64,000 nucleotides of DNA from assembly GCA_046331705.1 (NCBI GenBank), contig JAXLQJ010000014.1, positions 1-64,000 of the forward strand, written 5' to 3'. The notes beneath the pieces were generated by a model, which worked only from the letters and a program-made list of their open reading frames with translations, was not told the origin of the DNA and did not search any database. The position numbers and the translations under genes are program-made. The DNA comes from a bacterium (GTDB taxonomy: Bacteria > JADJOY01). Positions 10,024 to 19,896 of this stretch are shown one piece after another (within the stretch, counting starts at the first letter, position 1; each line of letters starts with the position of its first letter).

Positions 10024-12270
10024 ATGAGGGCGAAGGGAAAGACGAGCGGCTTTCGTGCCGCGGGGTACGCGGTCGCATTGATCGGTTTCATCCTGCGCGG
10101 CGACACCTGCACGCCGCCGCCACAGATCACGTTCAGCCAGCAGGTCTCGAGCACGATCGCCGACAACGCGGCCGTGAGCTACCTGTTCGTCGCACCGGCG
10201 CTCGGCAACAACGCGTCCATCGCCGGATCGTTCCGCCTCGAGGACGCGGCCCCGGCGGGCGGCACCTACAAGCTCGAAGTGTTCGTGGCCGGCGGCACCA
10301 CGCCGATCGCGACGGCGGGACCGGTGGCGGCAAACGTGCCGACGTTGCTGCAGGACGTCACGTTCACGGCGGCGGGCAATTACGAGGTGCGCGTCACCGA
10401 GGTCGACGGCACCCCAGGTCGAACCTTCAAGCTCACCATGAGCCCGCGTTACACGCTGCCGGCCACGACGCTCGCCTCGGGCTCCACCCAGAATCTCAGC
10501 CTGGCTCCAGGTGAGTTCGAGACGGCGCGGTTCAACGTCGCTGCCGGCCAAACCGGACAGCGCGACCTCTACTACGACGACATCAACGTCTCGCCCGGCA
10601 ACGGCACGGTCACGATCCTCGGACCCGACAAGGTGACCCCCGTGACCTCGCTCAGCGGCGCGTCCGACCTGAGCTTCGACGCGAGCGACCTGGCCGAGCT
10701 GGACCTGCAAGCGACTGGCGACTACACGGTGATCGTGACCGACACCGACGCCACGGGCCAGGGCACGTTCTCGCTGAGCCTGGGACCGTATCCCGGTCAG
10801 GACGACACCGCAGCACCCTGCGAGCTCTTGCCGAGCCCGCCGACGCTCTCGACTCCCGTGACGGTGTCGGGGAGAGCCGTGAGCCCCATCGGCGACCGCG
10901 ACTGCTTCCAGTTCACGGTGCCCTTCGGCGTGAGCGACGTGACCGTGGCGCTCGACCAGACCACGGGCTCCACCAGCAACAACGAGGTGCGACTCACGAG
11001 CACCGCCGGCTTCAGCGCGAACAAGAAAGGCAGCGGCGACGTCAACGCGACGTTCTCGGTGGACTCGGGCACGGCGGACACGTACCAGGTCGTGGTGAAC
11101 AACCTGGTCAACGGCACGTTCAACTACAGCCTCGCCATCGGCCTCGCCGGACCCTGCGTGGGCGCCGGGTGCGTGCTCGCGCCGGCGGGAGCGGTCGCGA
11201 TCAGCTTCGTCACCAATCCCGTCGACATCCAGGTGCGCGCCGATCTCGTGACCCAGGGCGCGCTGCCGACCAACGCGGCCGCCACCTTCGAGCTCGACAA
11301 GACCTCGAGCGGCAACTTCCAGCTCGAGCTGCTCGGCGATCGGGACGGCAACACCGGCACGCTCGAGACGCTCTGTCCGATCGCGACGGGCAGCAACGAC
11401 TTCTTCATCGAGAATTGCGACCTGAGCACGACGGACGGGCTCGTGACGGCGCGCGTGACGCGTGTGAGCGGATCCGGCAGCACCGCCACGGTGCGGATGG
11501 GACCCGAGCTCGCGACGCTCGCGGCGGCGCCGGCTCCGATCCTGCCCTCCGGCGACGTGTCCTGGAACGGCGCCAGCGGCGGCAACCTCGCGAGCTTCGG
11601 CGACGAGCGGTACTACGCCTTCGCGCTCTCCGCCGACGGCCAGATCGGCATCGGCTTCGACGATCAGGGCATCGGCGACGGCAACAACCTGGTGCGCATC
11701 TTCCCGGCGGCGCAGCTCGACTCGGTGATCCGCAACCCGAGCGTCGCACCGGCCCTGCAAGTGCCCGTGGCCACCGGCGATGGCGACCTCGACGCCACCA
11801 GCCTCGCCGCCGGCGCGTACGTGCTGGTGATCGACAACGACAAGACGGGCCAGGGCGCATTCTCGGTCTGCGTCGGTCCGGGAGTCGATGCGAGCGACGA
11901 GGACGGCCAGACGATCTCGATCAGCAAGGATCTGGTGCCTGCGGATCTCGCCATCACGCGTACCGGCAATCTCCGCTGCGGCGACACCGACGCGTGGAAC
12001 CTGAACACCACCTTCACGCAGCTGCTCAAGATCAAGGTGGAAGAGACGCCGCCGGGCGAGGCCGGCAACGTCGAGATCGAGCTCCTGGTGGAGGACACCA
12101 ACAACCCGGGCGTCTTCATCCCGGTGGCCGGCACCGCCAAGTCGGGTGCCTCGAGCGCCACGATCACGTCGGTCTCGGTGACCGCCGGGCGCAACTATCG
12201 GCTGAAGGTCGACAACTCCGGCCTGGGCAACACCGCGTACCTGATCACGATCACCGACTCGAACGCGTGA
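10024..12270 (+). CDS. Large secreted/surface protein with repeated beta-sandwich (PPC-like) modules
   Basis: Basic N-terminus, hydrophobic stretch and Cys (ILRGDTC); T/G/D/N-rich; recurring GxYxVxV and D-x-D-x-F/W motifs (GDRDCFQF, GDTDAWN); no catalytic motif recognised. Confidence 0.65.
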   Translation: MRAKGKTSGFRAAGYAVALIGFILRGDTCTPPPQITFSQQVSSTIADNAAVSYLFVAPALGNNASIAGSFRLEDAAPAGGTYKLEVFVAGGTTPIATAGPVAANVPTLLQDVTFTAAGNYEVRVTEVDGTPGRTFKLTMSPRYTLPATTLASGSTQNLSLAPGEFETARFNVAAGQTGQRDLYYDDINVSPGNGTVTILGPDKVTPVTSLSGASDLSFDASDLAELDLQATGDYTVIVTDTDATGQGTFSLSLGPYPGQDDTAAPCELLPSPPTLSTPVTVSGRAVSPIGDRDCFQFTVPFGVSDVTVALDQTTGSTSNNEVRLTSTAGFSANKKGSGDVNATFSVDSGTADTYQVVVNNLVNGTFNYSLAIGLAGPCVGAGCVLAPAGAVAISFVTNPVDIQVRADLVTQGALPTNAAATFELDKTSSGNFQLELLGDRDGNTGTLETLCPIATGSNDFFIENCDLSTTDGLVTARVTRVSGSGSTATVRMGPELATLAAAPAPILPSGDVSWNGASGGNLASFGDERYYAFALSADGQIGIGFDDQGIGDGNNLVRIFPAAQLDSVIRNPSVAPALQVPVATGDGDLDATSLAAGAYVLVIDNDKTGQGAFSVCVGPGVDASDEDGQTISISKDLVPADLAITRTGNLRCGDTDAWNLNTTFTQLLKIKVEETPPGEAGNVEIELLVEDTNNPGVFIPVAGTAKSGASSATITSVSVTAGRNYRLKVDNSGLGNTAYLITITDSNA

Positions 12271-12300
12271 CGGGTCGCCGTCACTCCCTCTCCTGAAGTA

Positions 12301-12331
12301 CGGGGCGGGCGCGCACAGCGCGCCCGCCCCG
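12301..12331. terminator. GC-rich hairpin between convergent genes (probable bidirectional terminator)
   Basis: CGGGGCGGGCGCGC-ACA-GCGCGCCCGCCCCG, perfect 14-bp stem. Confidence 0.65.
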
Positions 12332-12340
12332 CTCTCGCGT

Positions 12341-13747
12341 TCACGCGACGGCCGCGCCACCCGAGGGTCGACCGCTCGAGACGTCCTCGAGCAACAGCTC
12401 GGCCGCGTCGCGCCCCATCCGCAGGCTGTTGCTGATCGTGCGATCGTCGGGCTGGAGCAGATAGGAATCCGTCACGTAGAGCCCGGCGAGCGGCGTGCGC
12501 ATGGACGGGATCATTCGCTCGAACCCCAGATTGCAGAGTGGTTGGGCGTGGGTGGTTCGGAACACGTGCCATTCCACCACGTCGCGCTCGCCGAAGCTCG
12601 GCTCGATGATCCCGAGGTGCGCGACGTAGCGACGGTGATACGCGTCGTCGTCCCAGCCGAAGCGCGGGTCTCGTGGATCGAGGTATTGCGGCACGTAGAG
12701 CAGGCGATCGCCCGCGAGGTGCGGCAGCGGGTTGAGATTCGTGTACTCGATGATGCCCGGGATCGAGATGCGTGGATCGTTGATGTTGAGCCAGAAATGC
12801 TTCGTGAGCGGTCGGCGCGTGCGCGCCACCCAGCAGGTGACGCCGAAGTACTCGACCCGATCGAGGGCGTGGAAATAGGGTTCCTCGACGCGCGGCAGGG
12901 CGCGACGCAGCAACTGGAACGGGACGGTCGAGATCACCGCGTCGAACGGCTCGCGCACGCCGCGCAGCCGCACCCCTTCGACGCGGCCGTCGCCCGCGAC
13001 CGCGATCTCGTCCACGCGCGCATCCACCTCGATGCGGCCGCGGCGCTCGCGAACCCGGTTGGCGAGCGTCTCGAGCAAGCGGTACGAGCCCCCTTCGAGG
13101 TATCCGTAGATCTCGCGATGCAGCCACCGCGAGTGCGATTTCCCCACACGATGCATGCGCGCCCACATCCACGCGGCCGAGAGGTGCTCGCGATACGCGC
13201 CGAACTTCCCCGTGAGCAGCGGCTCGTGAAGAATCTCGTAGGCGCGATCGCCGAAGGTCTCGCGTAGCCACGGCACCACCGCGCGATCGGCGCACTCCCG
13301 CCACGCCTCGCGAGGCCGGGACTTGATCCGGTGCACGGCGCGTGCGACGCGCAGCTTCTCCGTCACGGAGAGGTGCGGAAACCGCAGCAGATCCCAGGGC
13401 GAGCCGAAGTCGTAGCGCCGCCCCTCGTAGAAGTACCCCATCCGTACCCGCCGCCAGCGCAGCGCGTGCCCCAGCCCCAGCTCGGCGGCGACCCGGAGGT
13501 ATTCGCGGTCTCCGGTGCAGAGGAAATGGTGATAGCGCTCGAGATACTCGCCGCCGATCGGGAACCACGACGCCAGCCCGCCGAGCATCCGCTCGGCCTC
13601 GAGCACGGTGACCTCGAGCCCCGGCTCGGCGAGCAGCCGATGGGCTGCGGCGAGCCCCGCCGCGCCACCGCCGATCACCGCCACGCGCACGGGGCGGCCA
13701 CGGTGGAGGGTCGGTGCGGGCGTTCGAGCGGGCGAGGTCGGCTGCAT
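12341..13747 (-). CDS. NAD(P)/FAD-dependent oxidoreductase (amine oxidase/PPO-like superfamily)
   Basis: VAVIGGGAAGL Rossmann motif, LEAERMLGGLA, YLERYHHF; start uncertain (ATG 13747). Confidence 0.8.
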   Translation of the reverse strand: MQPTSPARTPAPTLHRGRPVRVAVIGGGAAGLAAAHRLLAEPGLEVTVLEAERMLGGLASWFPIGGEYLERYHHFLCTGDREYLRVAAELGLGHALRWRRVRMGYFYEGRRYDFGSPWDLLRFPHLSVTEKLRVARAVHRIKSRPREAWRECADRAVVPWLRETFGDRAYEILHEPLLTGKFGAYREHLSAAWMWARMHRVGKSHSRWLHREIYGYLEGGSYRLLETLANRVRERRGRIEVDARVDEIAVAGDGRVEGVRLRGVREPFDAVISTVPFQLLRRALPRVEEPYFHALDRVEYFGVTCWVARTRRPLTKHFWLNINDPRISIPGIIEYTNLNPLPHLAGDRLLYVPQYLDPRDPRFGWDDDAYHRRYVAHLGIIEPSFGERDVVEWHVFRTTHAQPLCNLGFERMIPSMRTPLAGLYVTDSYLLQPDDRTISNSLRMGRDAAELLLEDVSSGRPSGGAAVA

Positions 13748-13861
13748 GTCCTTCGTCGCGGGATCGGACAGACTGGCGCGCCGTTCGCGAGGGGTGCACA
13801 GCGTACGAACGGCGGCGCACCAGCGCAACGCGACCGCCAGCCCGACCGCCAGCCCGAAACG

Positions 13862-15109
13862 ATGGACGAAGAGATGCCGCTCCGCGGCCGGTGCGTGGCG
13901 ATCGAGGACGCCGCCCAGCCCGCCAGCGCCGTGATGGTGGTCCGCAACGCGGCGGGTGTCACGCGCGCGGTGGTCGCGACGCCGCACGCCGCGCAGGTCG
14001 GCGACCTGGTCGAGGTCCGCCACCGCGCGGTTCACGTCCTCACCGCGAACCGAACCCCCACGCGCGCCGCGACCTGGATGGAGCGCGTCCTCGATCCACG
14101 GCGGCTCCACGCCCTCGAGGTGCGCGAGCGCGTGGAAGCCGCGATCCACCGATTTCTTCGCGAGCGCGGCTTTCGCGAGACCCGCACCCCGCTCTTGGTG
14201 CCGAACCCGGGGATGGACCCGCACATCCGCCCGTTCCGCGTGACGCCGCACGCCGGCCATCACCCGGCCGAGGCGACCGCGTATCTGCCCACCTCGCCCG
14301 AGCTCGCGATGAAGCGGCTGTTGGCGGGTGGGCTCGACCGCATCTACCAGATCACGCCCGCGTTCCGCTCCGAACCGGCGTCACGGACGCACCGCCCCGA
14401 GTTCACGATGCTCGAGCTCTACCGGGCCTACGCGGACGACGAGGATCTCCGCGCCGACGTCGAGGCGTTGCTCGCGCACGTCGCCACGAGCGTTCACGGC
14501 CGCCCCGAGACGAGCTACGGTGGTCGACGCATCTCGTTCGCGGCGCCCTGGCCGCGGCTCACGATTCGCGGGCTCTTCGAAGCGCACGCGGGGATCGATC
14601 TCGCGCGCGCCGGCGACGTTCCCCGGCTGCGCGACGCGTGCGAGCGGATCGGGGTCGCATCGCGCGCCGAGGACAGCTGGGACGATCTCTTCTTCCGCGT
14701 CTGGCTCGACCGCATCGAGCCCGAGCTGCCGCGCGACCGAGCGGTCTTCGTGTGCCGCTACCCCGCCTCCCAAGCGGCGCTCGCCGTGGTCGACGATGAC
14801 CCCGACGGCACTCGCTGGGCGAGACGTTTCGAGTGCTTCGCGGGCGGCTTCGAGCTGGGCAACGCATTCGAGGAGCTGACCGACCCCGCCGAGCAACGCG
14901 CCCGCTTCGCCGCGGACATGCGCGAACGCACGCGCGCGCACGGCGACGAGATCCTCCCCAACGAGCCCGACGAGGGCTTCCTGGAGGCGCTCGAGGAAGG
15001 CATGCCGCCGGCGGCGGGGATCGCCATCGGCGTCGATCGGCTGGTCATGCTGCTCGCCGACGAGGCGGACATCGACTTCACGTTCTGGCTTCCCGCCGCG
15101 GGCGAGTGA
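13862..15109 (+). CDS. epmA: EF-P lysine aminoacylase (LysRS-like EpmA/GenX)
   Basis: YLPTSPELAMKRLLAGG, AFRSE..THRPEFTMLELYR, RYPASQAALA, RFECFAGGFELGNAFEELTDPAEQRARF, GMPPAAGIAIGVDRL; no full anticodon-binding domain; start uncertain. Confidence 0.88.
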   Translation: MDEEMPLRGRCVAIEDAAQPASAVMVVRNAAGVTRAVVATPHAAQVGDLVEVRHRAVHVLTANRTPTRAATWMERVLDPRRLHALEVRERVEAAIHRFLRERGFRETRTPLLVPNPGMDPHIRPFRVTPHAGHHPAEATAYLPTSPELAMKRLLAGGLDRIYQITPAFRSEPASRTHRPEFTMLELYRAYADDEDLRADVEALLAHVATSVHGRPETSYGGRRISFAAPWPRLTIRGLFEAHAGIDLARAGDVPRLRDACERIGVASRAEDSWDDLFFRVWLDRIEPELPRDRAVFVCRYPASQAALAVVDDDPDGTRWARRFECFAGGFELGNAFEELTDPAEQRARFAADMRERTRAHGDEILPNEPDEGFLEALEEGMPPAAGIAIGVDRLVMLLADEADIDFTFWLPAAGE

Positions 15110-15113
15110 GCCG

Positions 15114-16652
15114 TCACGCCAGCCAGTTGCGGATGCGCGGCCCGAAGAGCTTGAGCGCACCCTCGATCTCCTTGAACGACTTGTCCGTGAACGGGTACCA
15201 GGCGCGCTCGCGCTTGGTGTTCCAGCGGTGGATCAGGATCGGCAGCGCGTGCGAGTAGTCGCGCAACGCGTCGACACCGTTCACCCGCCCCACGCCGCTT
15301 TCCTTGAGCCCGCCGAACGGCGCCTCGGGGACGCCGTAGATCACGGCGGCGTCGTTGATGGTGACCGACCCCGTGGCCATCCGCTTGGCGAGGCGGATTC
15401 CCTTGTCGATGTCCTTGGTCCACACGCTCCCGCTCAAGCCGTACGGGGAATCGTTGGCCATGCGGATGGCTTCGTCCTCGTCCTTCACGCGCTGCACGGC
15501 GACCACGGGACCGAACGTCTCCTCGCGCATGACGGCCATGTCGTGATCGAGGTCCACGAGCACCGTCGGCTTGAAGAAGAGCCCCGGCCGGCTCGCGTCG
15601 CGCTCGCCGCCGACCACCGCGCGCGCACCCGCCTTCTTCGCCTCGGCGACCTGGCGCTCCACGATCGCGAGCTGCTTGTCCCAGAAGAGCGGCCCCACGT
15701 CGGCGGCCTCGCCGGGGGCACCCCAGCGCACCTTGCTGGCCGCCTCGGTCACCTTGGCGATGAACGCGTCGGCGACCGACTCCACCACGTAGATCCGCTC
15801 CACCGACATGCAGATCTGTCCGGTGTTGAGCACCGACGCGAACACCGCGCCCTGCGCGGCGCGGTCGAGATCGGCGTCGGCGCACACCACCATCGCGTCC
15901 TTGCCACCCAGCTCCAGCGTGCACGGGATGAGCTGGCGCGCGCACGAGGCGGCCACCTTCTTGCCGGTCGCCACGCTTCCCGTGAACGAGATCTTGTCCA
16001 CGCCAGCGTCCACGAGCGCGGCGCCGGTCTCGCCATCGCCCTGAAGCACCTGCAGCACGCCCGCGGGCACACCCGCCTCGAGCAGCAGCTCCGCGGCGGC
16101 GGCGCCCGAGCGCGGCGAGATCTCCGACGGCTTGAGGATCACCGCGTTGCCCGCGAGCAAGGCCTGCACCGTGGGGTTGAGCGACAGCGCCAGCGGCCCG
16201 TTCCAAGGCGTGATGATTCCCACGATCCCGAGCGGCCGGTAGGTGATCAGGAGCTTCTTGAGCGGTCGCATGTAGCCGTGGAGCTTCCGCCACTCGTCGG
16301 CCAGGTCGTCCGGCGCGCGCGCGCTCCAGAAGTTGAGGAAGTCGCAGCACGCGATCAGCTCCATCGCCGTCGCCTCGGTGCGCGTCTTGCCCGACTCGCG
16401 AATCAGGATCTCGACCAGCTCGTCCTTCCGCCGGATCAGCACGTCGAGCGCGCTCCGCACGATCCTCGCGCGCTCCGCGACCGGCGTGGCTCCCCACGCC
16501 GGCTGCGCCGCGCGCGCCGTGGCGACCGCCGCGCGCACGTCGTCGGCGGTGGCCACGGTGATCTCGCCAACCGATTCGAGCGTGGCCGGGCTCTTGAGCC
16601 CCAACCGCCGCCGTCCGTCCGTCCCTCGTGCCAGCTCTTCCGCGATCGCCAT
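15114..16652 (-). CDS. Aldehyde dehydrogenase
   Basis: ITPWNGP, LKPSE, FTGSVATG, LELGGKD, NTGQICMS (catalytic Cys), EETFGP. Confidence 0.95.
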   Translation of the reverse strand: MAIAEELARGTDGRRRLGLKSPATLESVGEITVATADDVRAAVATARAAQPAWGATPVAERARIVRSALDVLIRRKDELVEILIRESGKTRTEATAMELIACCDFLNFWSARAPDDLADEWRKLHGYMRPLKKLLITYRPLGIVGIITPWNGPLALSLNPTVQALLAGNAVILKPSEISPRSGAAAAELLLEAGVPAGVLQVLQGDGETGAALVDAGVDKISFTGSVATGKKVAASCARQLIPCTLELGGKDAMVVCADADLDRAAQGAVFASVLNTGQICMSVERIYVVESVADAFIAKVTEAASKVRWGAPGEAADVGPLFWDKQLAIVERQVAEAKKAGARAVVGGERDASRPGLFFKPTVLVDLDHDMAVMREETFGPVVAVQRVKDEDEAIRMANDSPYGLSGSVWTKDIDKGIRLAKRMATGSVTINDAAVIYGVPEAPFGGLKESGVGRVNGVDALRDYSHALPILIHRWNTKRERAWYPFTDKSFKEIEGALKLFGPRIRNWLA

Positions 16653-16682
16653 GGTCCCACCCCCGAGCCCGTCACTCCTCGA

Positions 16683-19007
16683 TCAACCCAGAACACCACC
16701 CGTTTCCAGAATTCCCCATCCCGATCGGTCGCCGGATCGATAACGCACGATGCCGTCGTGGAGCACGGTGTCGCGAAATCGCGCCGGCACCACGCCACGG
16801 ACCTCGTCGGCCTCGAGCACGTACGCGCGGCCGCTGGCGCTGACGATGCGAAGCGTGGCCCCGCGCGGCGGAGCGGTGGCGTCGTCGCCCGGAAGCTCGA
16901 CCTCGACCCGCGCCAACGCCTCCGCCGCGGCCCCGCCCTCGGCGACGCAGCCGATGTGAATCGGCGGAAACTCGGCACCGAAGCGGATCTCCACGGCGTT
17001 GAACCAGAGGCTCTCGTCCACGCGCTCGCCGACTCGTCCGCTCAGGTAGGTCCAGCGCCAGAACTTGTCCCAATCGCGCTCGCCGCCAAAGGAGTGATCG
17101 CGATGGGCCCAGCCGGCGAACGCCATCGGTTCGCCGTCGATGGTCACGGTGCCCGTGGCACGACCGGAGTGCTCGATGTGGCGCGGCACTTGATCCACCG
17201 AGGTCCCCGGTGGCGGCGCGTACTTGTAAGGCGGCGCGATGCCCTCCCACAGCAGGTCGAAGCCGTGCCGCTCGCCCGCGTAACGCAACGCGAAGCTCCG
17301 CAGCGGCTCGCGCCATTCGATCGTCACTCCCGCCGCGAGCGTGAGCCGGTCGCTCTCGAAGGGCGCCGGCGGCAGCGACTCGATCATCACGTGGTGGACC
17401 AACTCGCCTCCACGGGTGATCCCGAGGTAGAGGTTCGCCAGACCGAGGTTGGGTTGCACGCCTGCACGAAACACCACCGCGACGTCGCGTTCCGCGTCGT
17501 ACATCGGGAACCACAGACTCTCGTTCCAAAGGGGCAACGACTCGGGCCCCGGCTCGTGGCGCCGATCGTCCGCGACGGTGATGGCGCGATCGGCAGCCTC
17601 GGCGGCTTCCCGAGCGGTGTAGGTAGCACCCGGCCCAGCGAACACCAAGGCGCTGATGATCTCCTCGAGCTGCATCATGGTCGAGATGTCACCCTCGATC
17701 GCGAGCTTCCCCGACAGGAACGTCTGCGCGCGATCGAGCTCGCCGCGCTGCAGCGCGTGCCAGTCGTCGGCATCGCACCGCACGGTGATGTCGGGATCGG
17801 CGACGACACCGTCCACGCGCGTGCCGGTGCCGCGATCCGCGACCAGATACCAGCGATAGCCGTTCGGACCGCTCAGATCGAACTGCACGCGGACCACCGC
17901 CGAGGTGATCTCCGTGGTGCCGCGCGCGAGCGCACCGCCCGGCGGCTCGAGGCCGAGCAACGCGGCCAGCCGTTGCGTGGGCGCGTTGTTGGTCTCGAAG
18001 TCCGGGGTGGGCAGCGGCGTACCCACCGCACGCATGATCGACGCGACCCGCACCATGATCACGGCAAAGCGCATGGCCGCGAAGACTTCCCAGTAGCCGA
18101 GATCGGACACCGCCAAGCCAACGCCGCGCTCCCAGCGTGCCAGCGTCTCCTCGCGACTCGGCAGCCCTGCGAGTCGCGGGATGCCGTAGCCCTCGCTGTG
18201 GTGCCAGTCGAGGAAGAGCCACCACGCGAGATCGGCGGTGGGCTCGCCCAGGAACGCCATCTCCCAGTCGAGAACGGCGACCACGCGGTCGCCGTCGAAG
18301 ATCAGGTTGGGCAGCCGGGCGTCACCCCAGCACAGCCGCCGCCGAACCATCGCCGGCCGGCGCTCGTGGAGCCAGGCGAGCGCCGCGCGCGTCGTGGTGT
18401 GCGACGCGCGATCCTCGGCGGCCCAGTCGAGGTAGCGGCTCCAGTAGCCGAGCTCGCGCTCGAGCGGATCGCCCGCGCGCTCGCGCTTCTCGAGGAACCC
18501 GAGCCCGAGGGCGTCCGGATCCAGGCGATGGATCGCGGCCAGCTCGTCGATCCCCGCCCACCACATCGCCGCGCGCCGCTCGGGTGACGCCTCGCGCAGG
18601 AGCCCCGCGGCGTGGTACGGCGGGACATCCGATGGCACCACGCCCGCCACCCGTCGCATGACGTAGAACGGGGTGCCGAGAAGCGCCACGTCCTCGCTCG
18701 ACCAGCGCACCTCGGGGACGTGCACCGGCGACCCCGCGAGGGCTTCGAGCACGCGGCGCTGCACGCTCAGGTCGTAATCCGGAAACACCAGGTGCTCGGT
18801 GGGCTGGGCGCGCAGCACCAGCGGCTCCACCACCCGCGTGCCAGCGCGCACGTAGCCGAGGTCGAAGAGCACCGTCTCGTTCGAGAGCCCGGCGCTCGGC
18901 ACGCGCAAGCCCTCGACGGTCACCTCGGCGACGTCGCCGAGGCGCGGGGCGATCCAGCCCGCGAGCTTGGCGGCGAGCGGAGCGAGATCGCGCTTCGAGA
19001 AGATCAT
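16683..19007 (-). CDS. APH/ACAD10-11-like phosphotransferase fused to an SCP2 sterol-carrier domain and a C-terminal beta-rich (AttH/CrtC-like) domain
   Basis: GLSNETVLF, LGTPFYVMRRVAG, LCWGDARLPN, VLDWEMA (kinase); VQFDLSGPNG..PDITVRCDADDW..AFLSGKL-like TFLSGKLAIEGD (SCP2); WNESLWF..HIEHSG..RDHSFGGERDW (C-terminal domain). Confidence 0.8.
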   Translation of the reverse strand: MIFSKRDLAPLAAKLAGWIAPRLGDVAEVTVEGLRVPSAGLSNETVLFDLGYVRAGTRVVEPLVLRAQPTEHLVFPDYDLSVQRRVLEALAGSPVHVPEVRWSSEDVALLGTPFYVMRRVAGVVPSDVPPYHAAGLLREASPERRAAMWWAGIDELAAIHRLDPDALGLGFLEKRERAGDPLERELGYWSRYLDWAAEDRASHTTTRAALAWLHERRPAMVRRRLCWGDARLPNLIFDGDRVVAVLDWEMAFLGEPTADLAWWLFLDWHHSEGYGIPRLAGLPSREETLARWERGVGLAVSDLGYWEVFAAMRFAVIMVRVASIMRAVGTPLPTPDFETNNAPTQRLAALLGLEPPGGALARGTTEITSAVVRVQFDLSGPNGYRWYLVADRGTGTRVDGVVADPDITVRCDADDWHALQRGELDRAQTFLSGKLAIEGDISTMMQLEEIISALVFAGPGATYTAREAAEAADRAITVADDRRHEPGPESLPLWNESLWFPMYDAERDVAVVFRAGVQPNLGLANLYLGITRGGELVHHVMIESLPPAPFESDRLTLAAGVTIEWREPLRSFALRYAGERHGFDLLWEGIAPPYKYAPPPGTSVDQVPRHIEHSGRATGTVTIDGEPMAFAGWAHRDHSFGGERDWDKFWRWTYLSGRVGERVDESLWFNAVEIRFGAEFPPIHIGCVAEGGAAAEALARVEVELPGDDATAPPRGATLRIVSASGRAYVLEADEVRGVVPARFRDTVLHDGIVRYRSGDRSGWGILETGGVLG

Positions 19008-19028
19008 CGGTCGCGGCCCGCGACGCGC

Positions 19029-19814
19029 TCAGGAATTCTCGGCCTTGTGCATGATGGTCCAGAGCAAGCCGGGCAAGAAACGTCGCAGACGAAGCAGCAC
19101 CTTGGCCTCGGCGAGCGGATAGAGGATCTCCTCGCCGCGCTCGATGCCTTTCTCGATCTCCTCCACGATCACCTTGGGATCGGCCATGCGGTTCTGCTCG
19201 ATGCCGATCTGCACCGTGCGCGGGTTCGAGGTCTGGACGGCCTGCTGGATGAGCGGCGTGTTGGTCATCGGCGGGCACACCAACATGATCCGCACTCCGC
19301 TGCCGCGATTCTCGTGGATCATCACCTCGGCGAAGGTGTTGATCGCGGCCTTGCTGGCGCAATAGGCCGCCATGTGCGGCACCAGCACGTGCCCGGCGAG
19401 CGAGCCGAACAGGATCAGGTCGCCCGAGCCGCGCGCCTTCATCTGCGGCAGCGTGGCGCGGGTCACGAACACCGACCCTTCGTAATTGACGCGCATGAGC
19501 CGCACGATCGACTCGATCGGCATGTCGAGCGCCAGCGCCGTGGGCATGATGCCGGCCGCGTGGGTCACGCGATCCAGCGGTCCGAGGTCCTTCTCGAGGG
19601 TGCGAATGGTCTCCGTGACGCGATTCGCGTCGCTGACGTCGCACACGTAGGGCTTGAGGCGATCCGGGTTCTTGGCGATCGTGGTGGCGAGCTTCGCCTC
19701 GTCGATGTCGAGACACGCCACCGTCGCGCCCGCCTCGGCGAGCTTCCACGCCGACAGCTGGCCCATCCCGCTCGCCGCCCCCGTCACCAGCGCCACCTTG
19801 CCGCGAAATGCCAT
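19029..19814 (-). CDS. Short-chain dehydrogenase/reductase
   Basis: TGAASGMG, HAAGI, YCASK catalytic motif. Confidence 0.93.
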   Translation of the reverse strand: MAFRGKVALVTGAASGMGQLSAWKLAEAGATVACLDIDEAKLATTIAKNPDRLKPYVCDVSDANRVTETIRTLEKDLGPLDRVTHAAGIMPTALALDMPIESIVRLMRVNYEGSVFVTRATLPQMKARGSGDLILFGSLAGHVLVPHMAAYCASKAAINTFAEVMIHENRGSGVRIMLVCPPMTNTPLIQQAVQTSNPRTVQIGIEQNRMADPKVIVEEIEKGIERGEEILYPLAEAKVLLRLRRFLPGLLWTIMHKAENS

Positions 19815-19827
19815 GAATCCTCCATTT

Positions 19828-19847
19828 CCAAACGATCGTTCGTTTGG
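19828..19847. promoter_or_regulatory. Palindromic operator in the SDR/P450 divergent promoter region (likely TetR site)
   Basis: CCAAACGA-TCGT-TCGTTTGG, perfect 8-bp inverted repeat in an 82-bp divergent intergenic region. Confidence 0.65.
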
Positions 19848-19896
19848 TACGGTATAGCAAAGGTCGCGTCACGGAGCTACCCGTGGGAGGAAACGC

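Noticed and set aside
13862-15109. Lysyl-tRNA synthetase
   Set aside because: Too short, lacks a full anticodon-binding domain and has EpmA-type motifs (TSPELAMKRLL, YPASQAALA)
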